From the NCBI GenBank assembly GCA_963766075.1, contig CAVYAN010000010.1, positions 32,001-96,000 on the forward strand: DNA of 64,000 nt. The letters run 5' to 3'. Below, piece by piece: positions 50,214 to 60,089 of the stretch (position 1 is the stretch's first letter; every line of letters begins with the position of its first letter). The notes below the pieces were generated by a model. The model saw only the letters and a list, made by a program, of their open reading frames with translations. It did not search any database and was not told the origin of the DNA. A program made the translations under genes and the position numbers. Source of the stretch: an uncultured cyanobacterium (lineage in GTDB: Bacteria; Cyanobacteriota; Cyanobacteriia; Leptolyngbyales; Leptolyngbyaceae).

Positions 50214-53210
50214 CCTACACCCAAATCAACGCTGCCCTTTTCCTGGCAGACATCGCCCCATTTAATCAACTGTCCACCGCCGATCGGCAAGGTTGCCGAT
50301 CGGTTGCAGCCCTACCGCTACCGCATTGGACAGCCAATTTTGGTACGGGACAGACTGCCTGCCCAAATCCACATTCTGTACGAAGGCACAGTCCGCCTGC
50401 TGGGATACGACCCCGCCCACCCCACCCCGATCACACTCCAGCGCCTTGCCCCGGGAGCCGTTCTCGGTGCAGTGGGCTGGGTGCGCAGTGTCCCCTGTGA
50501 GGCCGCGATCGCCGCCACAGAATCGATCTGCCTCAGTCTCAATGCACCAGACTTTCTGGACTGGCTTAGCCACCATCCCGAAATTGCGGCCAGCTTCCAA
50601 GTCCCCAACCTGATCGAAGTCTTTGATATCGCAGGCCGAGAACTGCACCGCCGCGCCGATCGCACCCACCTGTTGCAAGCCCACAGCGTCACCAACCTCA
50701 AGGACTTCGCCAGCCTGATCGCCCTCCCATCAGCCCGCATCGCCCCAGCAGACAAGCCCCTCTTCCCCGATTGGGACTGGTTTGTCAGTGGGGGGCCCGA
50801 TGTGTCTACCGGGCAAGTGGGCGATCGCTACTCCTCTTCTCTCGCCGAACCCACGCTGCGACTGCTGGGCTTCCCGCGATCGCTATTTGCCCCCAGCGCT
50901 GCCAATCCAGCGCCCAGCACTCCAATATCGGTACCCATTCCACCCATCCACCCAATCCCCGACGCCCCCGCCACCCCACCCGAAGCCGAAACCCCACTAT
51001 CCCGTCAACCGGCTCAAAAATACCCCCACATCAAGGGACACGGTCCAGTGGAAGCCGCCGTGGCCAGCTTTCACATGCTGGCACAGCACCACAGCCTACC
51101 GTTCCGGCGGGACATGGTGCGCAAGGTCATCCTTACCCAACAGCAGCGGACTGGATCGATTTCCCTCCAGTTCTGCGGAGCCGTAGCCGAATTGATGGGC
51201 CTACAGGCCCAGTTGGTCACAGTCCCGCTGGAGGCGATCGGTCGCTTGCCCCTGCCCGCCCTGATTCGCTATGCGGACGGGCCAGTAGTCCTGTATGAGG
51301 CCAATACCAAGCAGGCCGTGCTCGGGGTACCGGAGATGGGGATCGTGAAGCGGGCGATCGCAGATTTGCTCCCGCCAGAAGCTCAGGATGATCGCCCCCC
51401 TGGCACAGACACTGATCCCAATGCTGGCGAGGGCACCATCGCCGCCCTCCTGCTGCAACCCACGCGGGATACTCCCCAGCAAACCTTTGGCCTCAGTTGG
51501 TTTCTCCCCTCCCTGTACAAATATCGCCGCATTTTGGTGGAAGTGTTCATCGCCTCCTTTTTTGTGCAGTTGTTTGGGTTAGCCAATCCCCTCATTACCC
51601 AAGTCATCATCGACAAAGTACTGGTGCAAAACAGTCCGAATACCCTGCAAATCCTGGGGGTATTTCTAATTGTGATTGCCCTGTTTGAAGCCGTACTGAC
51701 CAGCTTGCGGACCTACTTGTTTGTCGATACGACCAATCGGATTGACCTGGCCCTCGGAGCCGAAATTATTGATCACTTGCTGCGGTTGCCATTGCGGTAT
51801 TTTGAACGGCGGCCCGTGGGCGAACTGGCCACCCGCGTCAATGAATTAGAAAATATCCGTCAATTCCTCACCGGAACGGCCCTAACAGTAGTCTTGGATG
51901 CGGTCTTTTCCGTCATCTACATCGTGGTCATGTTCGTTTACAGTTGGTTGCTGACTATAGTGGCACTTGTAACCTTGCCACTGTTTGCGTTATTAACCAC
52001 GATCGTGTCACCCATTGTGCGTCGCCAGTTGCGGGTCAAGGCAGAACGCAATGCCGAGGCTCAGTCCCATTTAGTCGAGGTGCTGTCCGGTATTCAAACC
52101 GTTAAGGCCCAGAACATTGAAATGCGATCGCGTTGGAAATGGCAAGAGCGCTATGCCCGCTACGTCAGCGCCGGGTTCAAGACCACCCTCACCTTCACCG
52201 CCGCCAGTTCCACCAGCAACTTTTTGAATCAACTGTCCAGCTTATTGGTGCTGTGGGTGGGAGCCTACCTCGTGCTCCAGGGCCAGTTAACCCTGGGCCA
52301 ATTGATTGCCTTCCGCATCATTGCCGGATATGTCACCAGTCCCCTGCTGCGGCTGACGCAACTCTGGCAAAATTTTCAGGAAACCGCCCTGTCTCTGGAG
52401 CGCCTCAGCGACATTATTGACAGTCCCGTAGAAGCCGATGCCCTAGATCGATCCAACATCCCCATGCCGACTATTCAAGGTCATGTAGCCTATGAAAACG
52501 TCTCCTTCCGGTTCAATCCCGCCGGTCCCCTGCAGCTCAATAATGTTAGTGTGTCCTTCCCTGCTGGCCAGTTTGTGGCCATTGTCGGCCAAAGTGGTTC
52601 CGGGAAGAGTACCCTCATGAAACTACTGCCCCGGCTATATCCCCTAGAGTCCGGTCGCATTCTCATTGATGGCTACGACATTAATAAAGTCGAGCTTTAC
52701 TCCCTACGTCAACAAATCGGCATCGTTCCCCAGGACACTCTCTTATTTGAAGGCACGGTACAGGAAAACATAGCCCTGAATCATCCCGATGCCACCCCGG
52801 AAGAGATTATTGCTGCTGCCAAAATCGCTGTGGCCCACGAGTTCATCATGGGCCTGCCCAATGGCTACAACACCCGTGTAGGAGAGCGAGGGGCTTCGTT
52901 ATCGGGGGGCCAACGTCAACGGGTAGCGATCGCCCGCACCATTCTGCAAAATCCCAATCTATTGGTCATGGACGAAGCCACCAGCGCCCTTGACTACGAC
53001 TCCGAGCGCCAAGTGTGTTTAAATTTGGCGGAAGCCTTCCGCGATCGCACCGTATTCTTCATCACGCATCGGCTCAGCACCATTCGCAACGCCGATCACA
53101 TTTTGATGATGGATCAAGGTTTAGTTGTGGAACAGGGCACCCACCCAGAATTAATGGCCCTCAAAGGTCGATATTTTTGTCTGTATCAGCAGCAAGAATC
53201 CCAGATGTAA
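50210..53210 (+). CDS. Type I secretion ABC transporter (cNMP-like + C39-like + ABC; HlyB-like), apparent frameshift near 50290
   Basis: MTYTQINAALFLADIAPFNQL in one frame, continuing KVADRLQPYRYRIGQ in the next. GQSGSGKS, LSGGQ, DEATSALD. Confidence 0.88.
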
Positions 53211-53268
53211 CTGCTATCAACCGCGCCATTCAACCGCACCATTCAACCAATTGCATCAGGAGAAAAGC

Positions 53269-54820
53269 ATGGCATTGTCATGGGGAAAGAGGTCGTGGGA
53301 AAAGAGGCCCTGGGGAAAAGAGGCCCTGGGCAAAGGCCAGAAAAATAATCCGGTGCCATCACCACCGTTCGATCATCCCGTGATTTTGCAGCGATCGCCG
53401 ATTGCCTCCCGATTGGTCATCTGGGGAATTGTTGGCTTCACCAGTGCAACGCTGATCTGGGCCAACTTTGCCAGAATAGATGAGGCCGTCCCCGCCACCG
53501 GAAACCTCACCCCCCAAGGGGCCGTGCGGGCCGTGCAACTTCCCCTCAATGGCAAAGTTAAGGACGTCTTTGTCAAAGAGGGCCAGATCCGTAAAACAGG
53601 GCGATTTGCTACTCACCTTGGATCAGTCCGCCGCCGAAGCCCAACTCACCGCACTCAAAAAAATTCGCGGGGCGATCGCCGCCGAAACCCAACTCTACCG
53701 ACAAGTCATGGCAGGAACAACGGTCAGCTCTAATGCCGCCAGCCCCGACCCCGTCAGCCTCAACCCCATCACCCCCAATCCACTCCTCGATCTGACCAAA
53801 AGCCGATCGGCCCTGGCCACAGAAATGGAACTGTTTCGCGCCCAACTATCAGGAACAGCAACCGGAAAAACACTCTCTGCCGAACAGCAGTTGCGCGTAC
53901 AGGCAAGCCAAGCAGAACAAGCCTCCCGCCAACAGTCCGCGCAACTGGATATTGCCCAATTAGAACGACAACTCGCCCAAGCCCAAGCAAAATTAACCAA
54001 CGCCCAAGACAACCTGCGGATCAATCAAGGCATCTATCAAGATTTAGCTCCCGTGGCCCAAGCTGGCGGACTCTCCAAGGTGCAGTACCTGAAGCAGCAG
54101 CAGGAAGTCACCAATGGCCAAATGGTGGTGGAGCAAACGGTCCAGGAGGTGGCACGACTGCAACTCGCCATTGCCCAATCCCAACAACGCCTCAAAAATA
54201 CCGTAGCCGGATCAAACCAAGAAATTCTGACGCGCCTGGGTGAAACCGAAAAAAAGATTGCGGAAATCGACAGCCAGTTGAACAAAGCGATCGTCGAAAA
54301 CGACAAAAAACTTTCAGAAATCGACAGCCAAATCAGCCAAACTCAAGTAACTCTGCAATACCAGGAGCTTCGCGCCCCAGTGGATGGCGTCATTTTTGAC
54401 CTCAAAGCCGCCAATCCCGGCTTTGTCGCCACCTCCACCGAGCCCGTGCTGAAGGTCGTGCCAGACAAGGCGCTGATGGTGGAAGTCTACATCACTAATA
54501 AAGACATTGGCTTCGTCAAGGTAGGCATGCCCGTAGACATTCGCGTCGATTCCTTCCCCTTTAGTGAATTTGGTGACATCAAAGGCGAATTAGTCGCCAT
54601 TGGTTCTGACGCTTTACCCCCCACACAGTTGCGTCCCTATTCCAGTTTCCCAGCCAAAATCAAACTGAATCAGCAAACCCTCACCGTGCGCGATCGCCCC
54701 GTGCCCCTACAGTCTGGGATGTCGGTCAGTGTGAATATCAAAGTGCGCGATCGCACGATTATCAGCATCTTCACAGATGGCTTCCGTCAACACATTGATG
54801 ATGTAAAAACCATGCGATAA
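53269..54820 (+). CDS. HlyD-family secretion adaptor, apparent 1-nt insertion near 53587
   Basis: FDHPVILQRS, TM, IDEAVPATG, VKEGQ(a)SVKQGD, LRAPVDG, FPFSEFG, LQSGM. Confidence 0.88.
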
Positions 54821-54889
54821 GGAATGAGCCTTAAATAAGTTCCATGTCTTTTCCATATTTTTATAGAGGCCAAGTTATAGAGGCCAAGT

Positions 54890-55056
54890 TAGAGGATGTT
54901 TTAAAAGTCCTCGTGTCGGTAGCCAAGGTCTTGAATCCCCCTCAATCCCCCTTAAAAAGGGGGACTATGAGTCTGGTTCCCCCCTTTTTAAGGGGGGCTA
55001 GGGGGGATCGCGGAGTGCCTAAGGTCACAGTGAGACCCCTTTAAAACGCCCTCTTA
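54890..55056. repeat. MITE-like cyanobacterial dispersed repeat
   Basis: Terminal IRs tagaggatgttttaaaag / ctttaaaacgccctctta around two GC hairpins (cccccttaaaaaggggg; cccccttttaagggggg-type). Confidence 0.65.
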
Positions 55057-55188
55057 TAGCGGCAAAGCAGTTGGCAGGGAGTCTCGGCAGTGTTTGTAAG
55101 GTCGGTCAACATTGAATCGCGGCGGGATTGAGCCGTGTGCAGTGCAGTACAGTGGGTGAATAGAGAGCAAATCATGGAGGGCGGCGGG

Positions 55189-55827
55189 ATGAGTCTGACA
55201 CTGTATCTACTCCGGCATGGTGAGACGGTTTACAGCCAAACGGGAGGCTACTGCGGCGAACTTGATCCGGACTTAACGGCGGATGGAGCCCAAATGGCCA
55301 TGGACTTTGCCGCAGCGTATGACACGGTGCCGTGGCAGGCGGTTTACGTAAGCCCGATGCAGCGCACGATCGCCACAGCGACGCCCCTCTGCCAAGCTAC
55401 GGGGATCAACATGGACCTGCGGGCGGGCTTAAAAGAACTCCGCTATGGTCTATGGGAAGGGCAAACCCTCGCCTGGGTGAAAGAAAACTATGCTGAGGAC
55501 TATGTCCGCTGGCTGACTGAACCCGCCTGGAACCCGCCCACGGGCGGCGAAACTGCCGTGCAACTGGCCAGTCGCGCTGTGCCGGTGATTGCCGAAATTG
55601 AAGCTACTTTCCAGGAGGGCAATGTTTTGGTGGTGGCGCACAAGGCCACGATTCGGATTATTTTATGCAGTCTCCTGGGGATCGACCTGGGGCGTTACCG
55701 CGATCGCATCAATGTCTTAGTGGGCTCCGTCAGCGTGATTCGATTTGCAGACCACGGCCCGTTATTGGAGCGCTTGGGCGATCGCGCCCATCTAAGTCCG
55801 CGACTGCTCTCGCTTCCCGGCACCTAA
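55189..55827 (+). CDS. Histidine phosphatase (phosphoglycerate mutase-like) family protein
   Basis: LLRHGET, SPMQRT, ELRYGLWEG, GGET, VVAH. Confidence 0.92.
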   Translation: MSLTLYLLRHGETVYSQTGGYCGELDPDLTADGAQMAMDFAAAYDTVPWQAVYVSPMQRTIATATPLCQATGINMDLRAGLKELRYGLWEGQTLAWVKENYAEDYVRWLTEPAWNPPTGGETAVQLASRAVPVIAEIEATFQEGNVLVVAHKATIRIILCSLLGIDLGRYRDRINVLVGSVSVIRFADHGPLLERLGDRAHLSPRLLSLPGT

Positions 55828-55904
55828 ACCCCAAATTTCCCATCTTGTAGAAGCCGCCTCGATGGTCTCAAGGGGCTCGGGATCGGTACCCAAAGTGCTC
55901 CCTT

Positions 55905-55948
55905 CGACTCCGCTCAGGGAGCAACTTTCCGCTGGCTGAGCGGAGTCG
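55905..55948. repeat. REP-like palindrome
   Basis: 13-bp perfect IR cgactccgctcag ... ctgagcggagtcg. Confidence 0.7.
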
Positions 55949-55992
55949 TAGTTTGCTTCCCGCAGGGTAGCCAGCGGATCTATTACCCACTG

Positions 55993-56020
55993 GGTATATT
56001 ATTTCTTGGAAATCGCCTTA
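55993..56020 (+). mobile_element. Orphan right end of an ISAzo13-like element
   Basis: ggtatattatttcttggaaatcgcctta resembles the IR at 45548-45575. Confidence 0.55.
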
Positions 56021-56233
56021 GTGGACGAAGGATCACTCCTTGTGGACAAAGGATCACTCTTTGGTGGACGAAGGAACACTGCTTGTGGACGAAGGATCAC
56101 TCCTTGTGGACGAAGGATACTCCTCTTGTGGACGAAGGATCACTCCTTGTGGACGAAGGAATACTCCTTAGTGGACGAAGGATCGCTCCTTGTGGACGAA
56201 GGATCGCTCCTTGCGAATAAAGGATTGATCCTT
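56021..56233. repeat. Tandem array of 21-22 bp units gtggacgAAGGAtcacTCCTT (9 good copies + degenerate)
   Basis: Unit starts 56021, 56042, 56064, 56085, 56106, 56128, 56149, 56171 and 56192; no unique spacers. Confidence 0.93.
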
Positions 56234-56365
56234 GTGAACCAGGCGCCTCTTCTTTTGGGTGGACGAAGAGGCGCTTTTTCGGAACTTAGCCACGTCGCCA
56301 TGGCCCGATCGCCCCTGTGCCGCCATCGGCAAACCACCCGTTGCGATCGCCTGTCCGTCACTGCG

Positions 56366-56638
56366 TCACCGCGTCACCCCATCACCCCCGCCCGTGCCAA
56401 TTCCCCGCGAGGCTACCCGAATAATCATGGAACTGGATTTGAGGGCGATGGCCTTGCTCCACTCGCTGGCTCCGATCACATTCACTTGATGCAGCAGGTT
56501 GATCATGGCGGTGACGGCGGGGCGGGAGCCGGTCAGGGTGAGGTTGACCCAGTCGGGGTCGCGCTGGGTGAGGGCAGTAATGAAATCGGCAGGCGCGTTT
56601 TCGCAGGTGTTTCCATCACTCATGGGTTGAGTGGTCAT
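56366..56638 (-). CDS. Small cyanobacterial hypothetical protein (GS..AV...I..LH......EWS pattern)
   Basis: RBS ggag before ATG 56638; LTGSRPAVTAMINLLHQVNVIGASEWS pattern recalled from a cyanobacterial small-protein family. Confidence 0.6.
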   Translation of the reverse strand: MTTQPMSDGNTCENAPADFITALTQRDPDWVNLTLTGSRPAVTAMINLLHQVNVIGASEWSKAIALKSSSMIIRVASRGIGTGGGDGVTR

Positions 56639-57167
56639 GATTGGGTCTCCTTGTTTGTTTGCAGGGGAGGGAAACCCAAAAACCAAAGCCACCCCGATGC
56701 GTTGCAGAGCAGGGTGGCTTGTAAAATGTGACAAGCCGCCATGCTGGTAGTATCAGCTTGGGGGTTAGCGATCGCTCGGTGGTGCAAACACTGGGCGATT
56801 GCGTTTTATGGCAGAGGCTTTTGGGCGTCTGGGTGAGCGCAGTTGAACCTAGGCAACTCACCTTAACGCAAGAGAATACCGAATTGCGCTGCACTTTGCA
56901 AGTCCTATTTTGAGGCCATGGGCTAAATCACAAAATTCTACGGATCTCGTGCTGAAATTTCACTGCCCAGCGTCAAGGTGTCATTGGGCCCATATTTAGC
57001 ATCGACAGGAGGTTTGACTATGTGCGGGGGACGAAGGGTGCGGGGGTGAATGGGGCCGGGATGAACTGAGCGATCGGTCTAGACGCCATATTTTTTATGA
57101 AGATTTGCCCGAGTTTTATGGCACATTTTCTAGCGCGACGATAGAATTCTGTCTAAATCCTCTAGGT

Positions 57168-57334
57168 GGGGACATTAGACAGATCTGTGTCTGCCCTAAT
57201 TGCCGTTTTGGGGATATAGCCAGACGCGATTCTGCCTATATGACCTTCTGGGGGTATATGGACAGACTGGATCTGCCTATATCCCCGAGTCGGGGGTGTT
57301 AGACAGATCGGATCTGTCTACAAACTAGTTAGGT
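57168..57334 (+). other. Putative integron attI-like region with four ~41-bp palindromic units and core site GTTAGGT (57328-57334)
   Basis: GTCTACA-AACTA-GTTAGGT simple-site layout; the core is the exact complement of the attC inverse core ACCTAAC downstream. Confidence 0.6.
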
Positions 57335-57408
57335 GTCTGGAGCTTTTTGCCCGATCACTAGAGTCATATTCATGTAAGATTCGTGAAGGATTCGACGAGA
57401 AAATACTG

Positions 57409-58368
57409 ATGACTCAAGTAACATGCTTAGAAATCTGTGCTGGCGCTGGTGGTCAAGCCTTAGGGCTAGAGCAGGTAGGCTTCGAGCCTCAAGCACTTGT
57501 GGAGATTGATGGAGCTTGTTGTAACACTCTCAGATTTAATAGACCTCAGTGGAATGTCATAGAAGGCGATCTGAGAGACTTTGAGTGTAAATCATTTGAA
57601 GGAATTGATTTGTTAGCTGGAGGTGTGCCTTGTCCTCCATTTTCAAAAGCAGGAAAGCAGTTGGGAAAAGAAGATGAGCGCGACCTTTTCCCCGAAGCCT
57701 TGCGTTTAGTAGATGAATGCAGACCTCGTGCTGTCATGTTAGAAAACGTGCGAGGATTTTTAGATGCTGTCTTTGAAGATTATCGAGGTAATCTCAAACG
57801 GCAACTTGAAAAGATGGGATATGTAACTGATTGGAGGTTATTAAATGCTTCTGATTTTGGGGTGTCACAGCTTAGACCCCGTGTTGTCATCATAGCTATA
57901 CGCAAAGACTTATCAGAAAATTTTTTATGGCCAAAGGCTTATGGGCAAAATCCAGCAACTGTTGGGACACTTTTATATGATCAAATGGCATCAAGAGGAT
58001 GGAGAGGTGCTAAGAAATGGAAACAACAAGCCGATGATATTGCACCCACAATTGTTGGGGGGTCTAAGAAACATGGCGGCCCCGATTTAGGTCCTACTCG
58101 TGCTAAGCGAGCTTGGGCAAGCTTAGGGGTAGATGGAATGGGCATAGCTAATGAGCCACCTGACAAAGACTTCTTGGGGATGCCCAAACTAACAGTTGAA
58201 ATGGTTGCTAGGATACAAGGCTTTCCCGATAATTGGCATTTCACAGGCAAGAAAACCCCTGCATACCGTCAAGTTGGTAATGCATTTCCTCCGCCCGTTG
58301 CTCAAGCTGTGGCAAGAGAGGTTTATAGCTGCTTGACTCATAGGAAAATATTTGCAGTTGCCAGTTAA
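57409..58368 (+). CDS. DNA (cytosine-5) methyltransferase, M.NgoMIV/M.NaeI-like
   Basis: CAGAGG, GGVPCPPFS, ENV, QLRPR, TRD APTIVGGSKKHGGPDLGPTRAK, QVGNA. Confidence 0.92.
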   Translation: MTQVTCLEICAGAGGQALGLEQVGFEPQALVEIDGACCNTLRFNRPQWNVIEGDLRDFECKSFEGIDLLAGGVPCPPFSKAGKQLGKEDERDLFPEALRLVDECRPRAVMLENVRGFLDAVFEDYRGNLKRQLEKMGYVTDWRLLNASDFGVSQLRPRVVIIAIRKDLSENFLWPKAYGQNPATVGTLLYDQMASRGWRGAKKWKQQADDIAPTIVGGSKKHGGPDLGPTRAKRAWASLGVDGMGIANEPPDKDFLGMPKLTVEMVARIQGFPDNWHFTGKKTPAYRQVGNAFPPPVAQAVAREVYSCLTHRKIFAVAS

Positions 58369-58379
58369 ATGGTTATCTT

Positions 58380-58976
58380 ATGTCAGAAAAGAAAGGCGCA
58401 AGAGCAAAACTCAGAGAACACTTTCTGAATAACATCGGGAGGGTTATGGATTCTGATGAGCTTAGAGAAGTAGCAGGAGGTATTACGGAATGGGCAAGAC
58501 GAGTAAGAGAACTGCGCTCCGAAGAAGGATATCAAATTCAAACACACAACGACAGAGGCGATTTAAAGCCTGGTCAATACATCCTTGAAGATCCCAAGCC
58601 AATTCCTGCTTTTGAAAGAGCAATATCTAAGGAAACACGAGCGTATGTTCTCGACAGAAATGGATTTACTTGTCAGACGTGTGGTGCTGTAGCTGGAGAG
58701 CCCCATCCCTATGACCTTACGAGAAAAACTCGACTGCATATTGGTCACATAGTGGATAAATCTCAAGGAGGTACTGACGACCCATCAAATCTTCGTGCAA
58801 TTTGCTCTGTGTGCAACGAAGGAGCCTCAAATTTAACTCTGGAAAGACCATCAAACTTAAAACTTTTAGCACAGGTCAGGCGGGCGAAAGGTAGCGATCA
58901 AGTTGAACTGCTTAAGTGGCTTGTTCGGAAGTATCCAAAACAGACTGAGGAGTTCTTGGATGAGAAAAACACCTAA
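58380..58976 (+). CDS. HNH endonuclease (CxxC/CxxC zinc) with N-terminal HTH-like region; probable restriction enzyme
   Basis: WARRVRELR; CQTCG, HIGHI, GG..DPSNLRAICSVCN; 11 bp downstream of the MTase. Confidence 0.85.
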   Translation: MSEKKGARAKLREHFLNNIGRVMDSDELREVAGGITEWARRVRELRSEEGYQIQTHNDRGDLKPGQYILEDPKPIPAFERAISKETRAYVLDRNGFTCQTCGAVAGEPHPYDLTRKTRLHIGHIVDKSQGGTDDPSNLRAICSVCNEGASNLTLERPSNLKLLAQVRRAKGSDQVELLKWLVRKYPKQTEEFLDEKNT

Positions 58977-59060
58977 CATAATCCCGTTGCACACCGACCG
59001 TATGGAGTTGGTTGGTTGATTCGAAAGGTCACTAGCGGCGGGTGAAGCGGGACGTTATGT
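58971..59060 (+). other. attC site (90 bp)
   Basis: ACCTAAC (contains the HNH stop) ... TCCCG-TTGCAC-ACCG-ACCG pairing with CGG-CGGGTG-AAGCGGGA ... GTTATGT, with unpaired extrahelical bases. Confidence 0.85.
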
Positions 59061-59083
59061 AGCTTCAACTTCATTTTAGTCAG

Positions 59084-59175
59084 GTGAATATCAAAGTGCG
59101 AGATCGCATCATTATCAGCATCCTCCCAGATGGCTTCCATCAACACATCGATGATCTAAAAACCATGCGATCAGG
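59084..59175 (+). pseudogene. Diverged duplicate of the hlyD-like gene 3' end (54731-54822)
   Basis: 92 bp, 9 mismatches by hand alignment, stop TAA changed to TCA. Confidence 0.9.
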
Positions 59176-59249
59176 GGAGTGAACCTCCTGAGACACGACA
59201 TTAGGAAACTTGCCATGGGAAAACAAAGCAGCCCTGTTCCACAACCCTT

Positions 59250-59571
59250 TGCATCAGGTCATAAAACGAACAGTAGCGCAACGCTCCCGGCAGTTTATTG
59301 CCAAAGTGCCACGCCTCCCATTCTCCATCTTCAAAAACAACATCAGGAATGAAAAATTAATGGAGAAAATGTCGCATTCCAGTCAGCACCAGCACCACAC
59401 CTAATTCATTCGCCGCCTTAATGGAATCCTGATCCCGCACACTCCCACCGGGCTGAGCGATCGCCACAATCCCCGCCGCCGCCGTCCGCACCGAATCATC
59501 AAACGGGAAAAATCCATCACTCGCCAAAACCGCGCCCTGCGACTGGATCCCGCCTGCTCTAAAGCAATTTT
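59250..59571 (-). pseudogene. purH: Diverged duplicate of the purH 3' end and downstream region (62045-62370)
   Basis: ~322 bp near-identical copy with a 3-bp and a 1-bp deletion; stop at 59357-59359. Confidence 0.92.
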
Positions 59572-59780
59572 TGTAATCCTTTTGTGGAAGCTCCTGCTTC
59601 CTAACCTTTTGGGAAGCAAGAGCTTCCTGGTTAGCATTACCAAGCAGAGCTTACTAACGAGCTTTTTTCTTCGCCCTTGGGCCAATCATGCCGGGGCGAT
59701 CGTCGTCATAGGAAGGGGCGATCGCAAGAGAAAAAGAATAGACTTAAGGGATAAAGATAATGACAGCTTCGAGGTTGTCA

Positions 59781-60089
59781 ATGAAAACACCAGAAACCCT
59801 CAAAATTGAAGCAGTTCTTCATGAGCAGCGCGATCGCATTCTAGAGCTTGCCCTTCAACACGGCGCTAGAAACGTGCGGCTCTTTGGGTCCGTCGTAAGA
59901 GGAGAAGCCCAGCCCAATAGCGATATTGACTTATTGGTCGATTTGGGCGGACCCTTAAGTCCCTGGTTCCCCGTCGGGCTGATTCAGGATTTAGAAGCAT
60001 TACTCGGGCACAAAGTGGATGTGGTCACTGAAAAGTCCCTACACTATTTCATCCGCGATCGCATCTTAAAGGAAGCGCGATCGCTATGA
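59781..60089 (+). CDS. Minimal nucleotidyltransferase (MNT) antitoxin
   Basis: LFGSVVRGEAQPNSDIDLLV, KVDVV; ATGA overlap with the HEPN gene. Confidence 0.92.
   Translation: MKTPETLKIEAVLHEQRDRILELALQHGARNVRLFGSVVRGEAQPNSDIDLLVDLGGPLSPWFPVGLIQDLEALLGHKVDVVTEKSLHYFIRDRILKEARSL

Larger units (their letters stand above)
57329..59054 (+). mobile_element. Integron gene cassette carrying methyltransferase + HNH nuclease
   Basis: Bounded by G|TTAGGT and G|TTATGT, attC at the 3' end, visibly AT-richer than the flanks, no full HIP1 seen. Confidence 0.8.

Noticed and set aside
54844..55044. 66-aa ORF (PPQSPLKRG...)
   Set aside because: Derived from the MITE-like repeat.
56021..56233. CRISPR array
   Set aside because: Units are contiguous, with only 4-5 variable bases, no unique spacers and no cas genes.
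56006..56731. 241-aa ORF on +
   Set aside because: Translation of the tandem repeat in shifting frames, plus antisense overlap with the better-supported minus-strand gene.
57168..57322. Mini-CRISPR from the four palindromic units
   Set aside because: Units are diverged and separated by only about 5 bp; the context fits an integron att region better.
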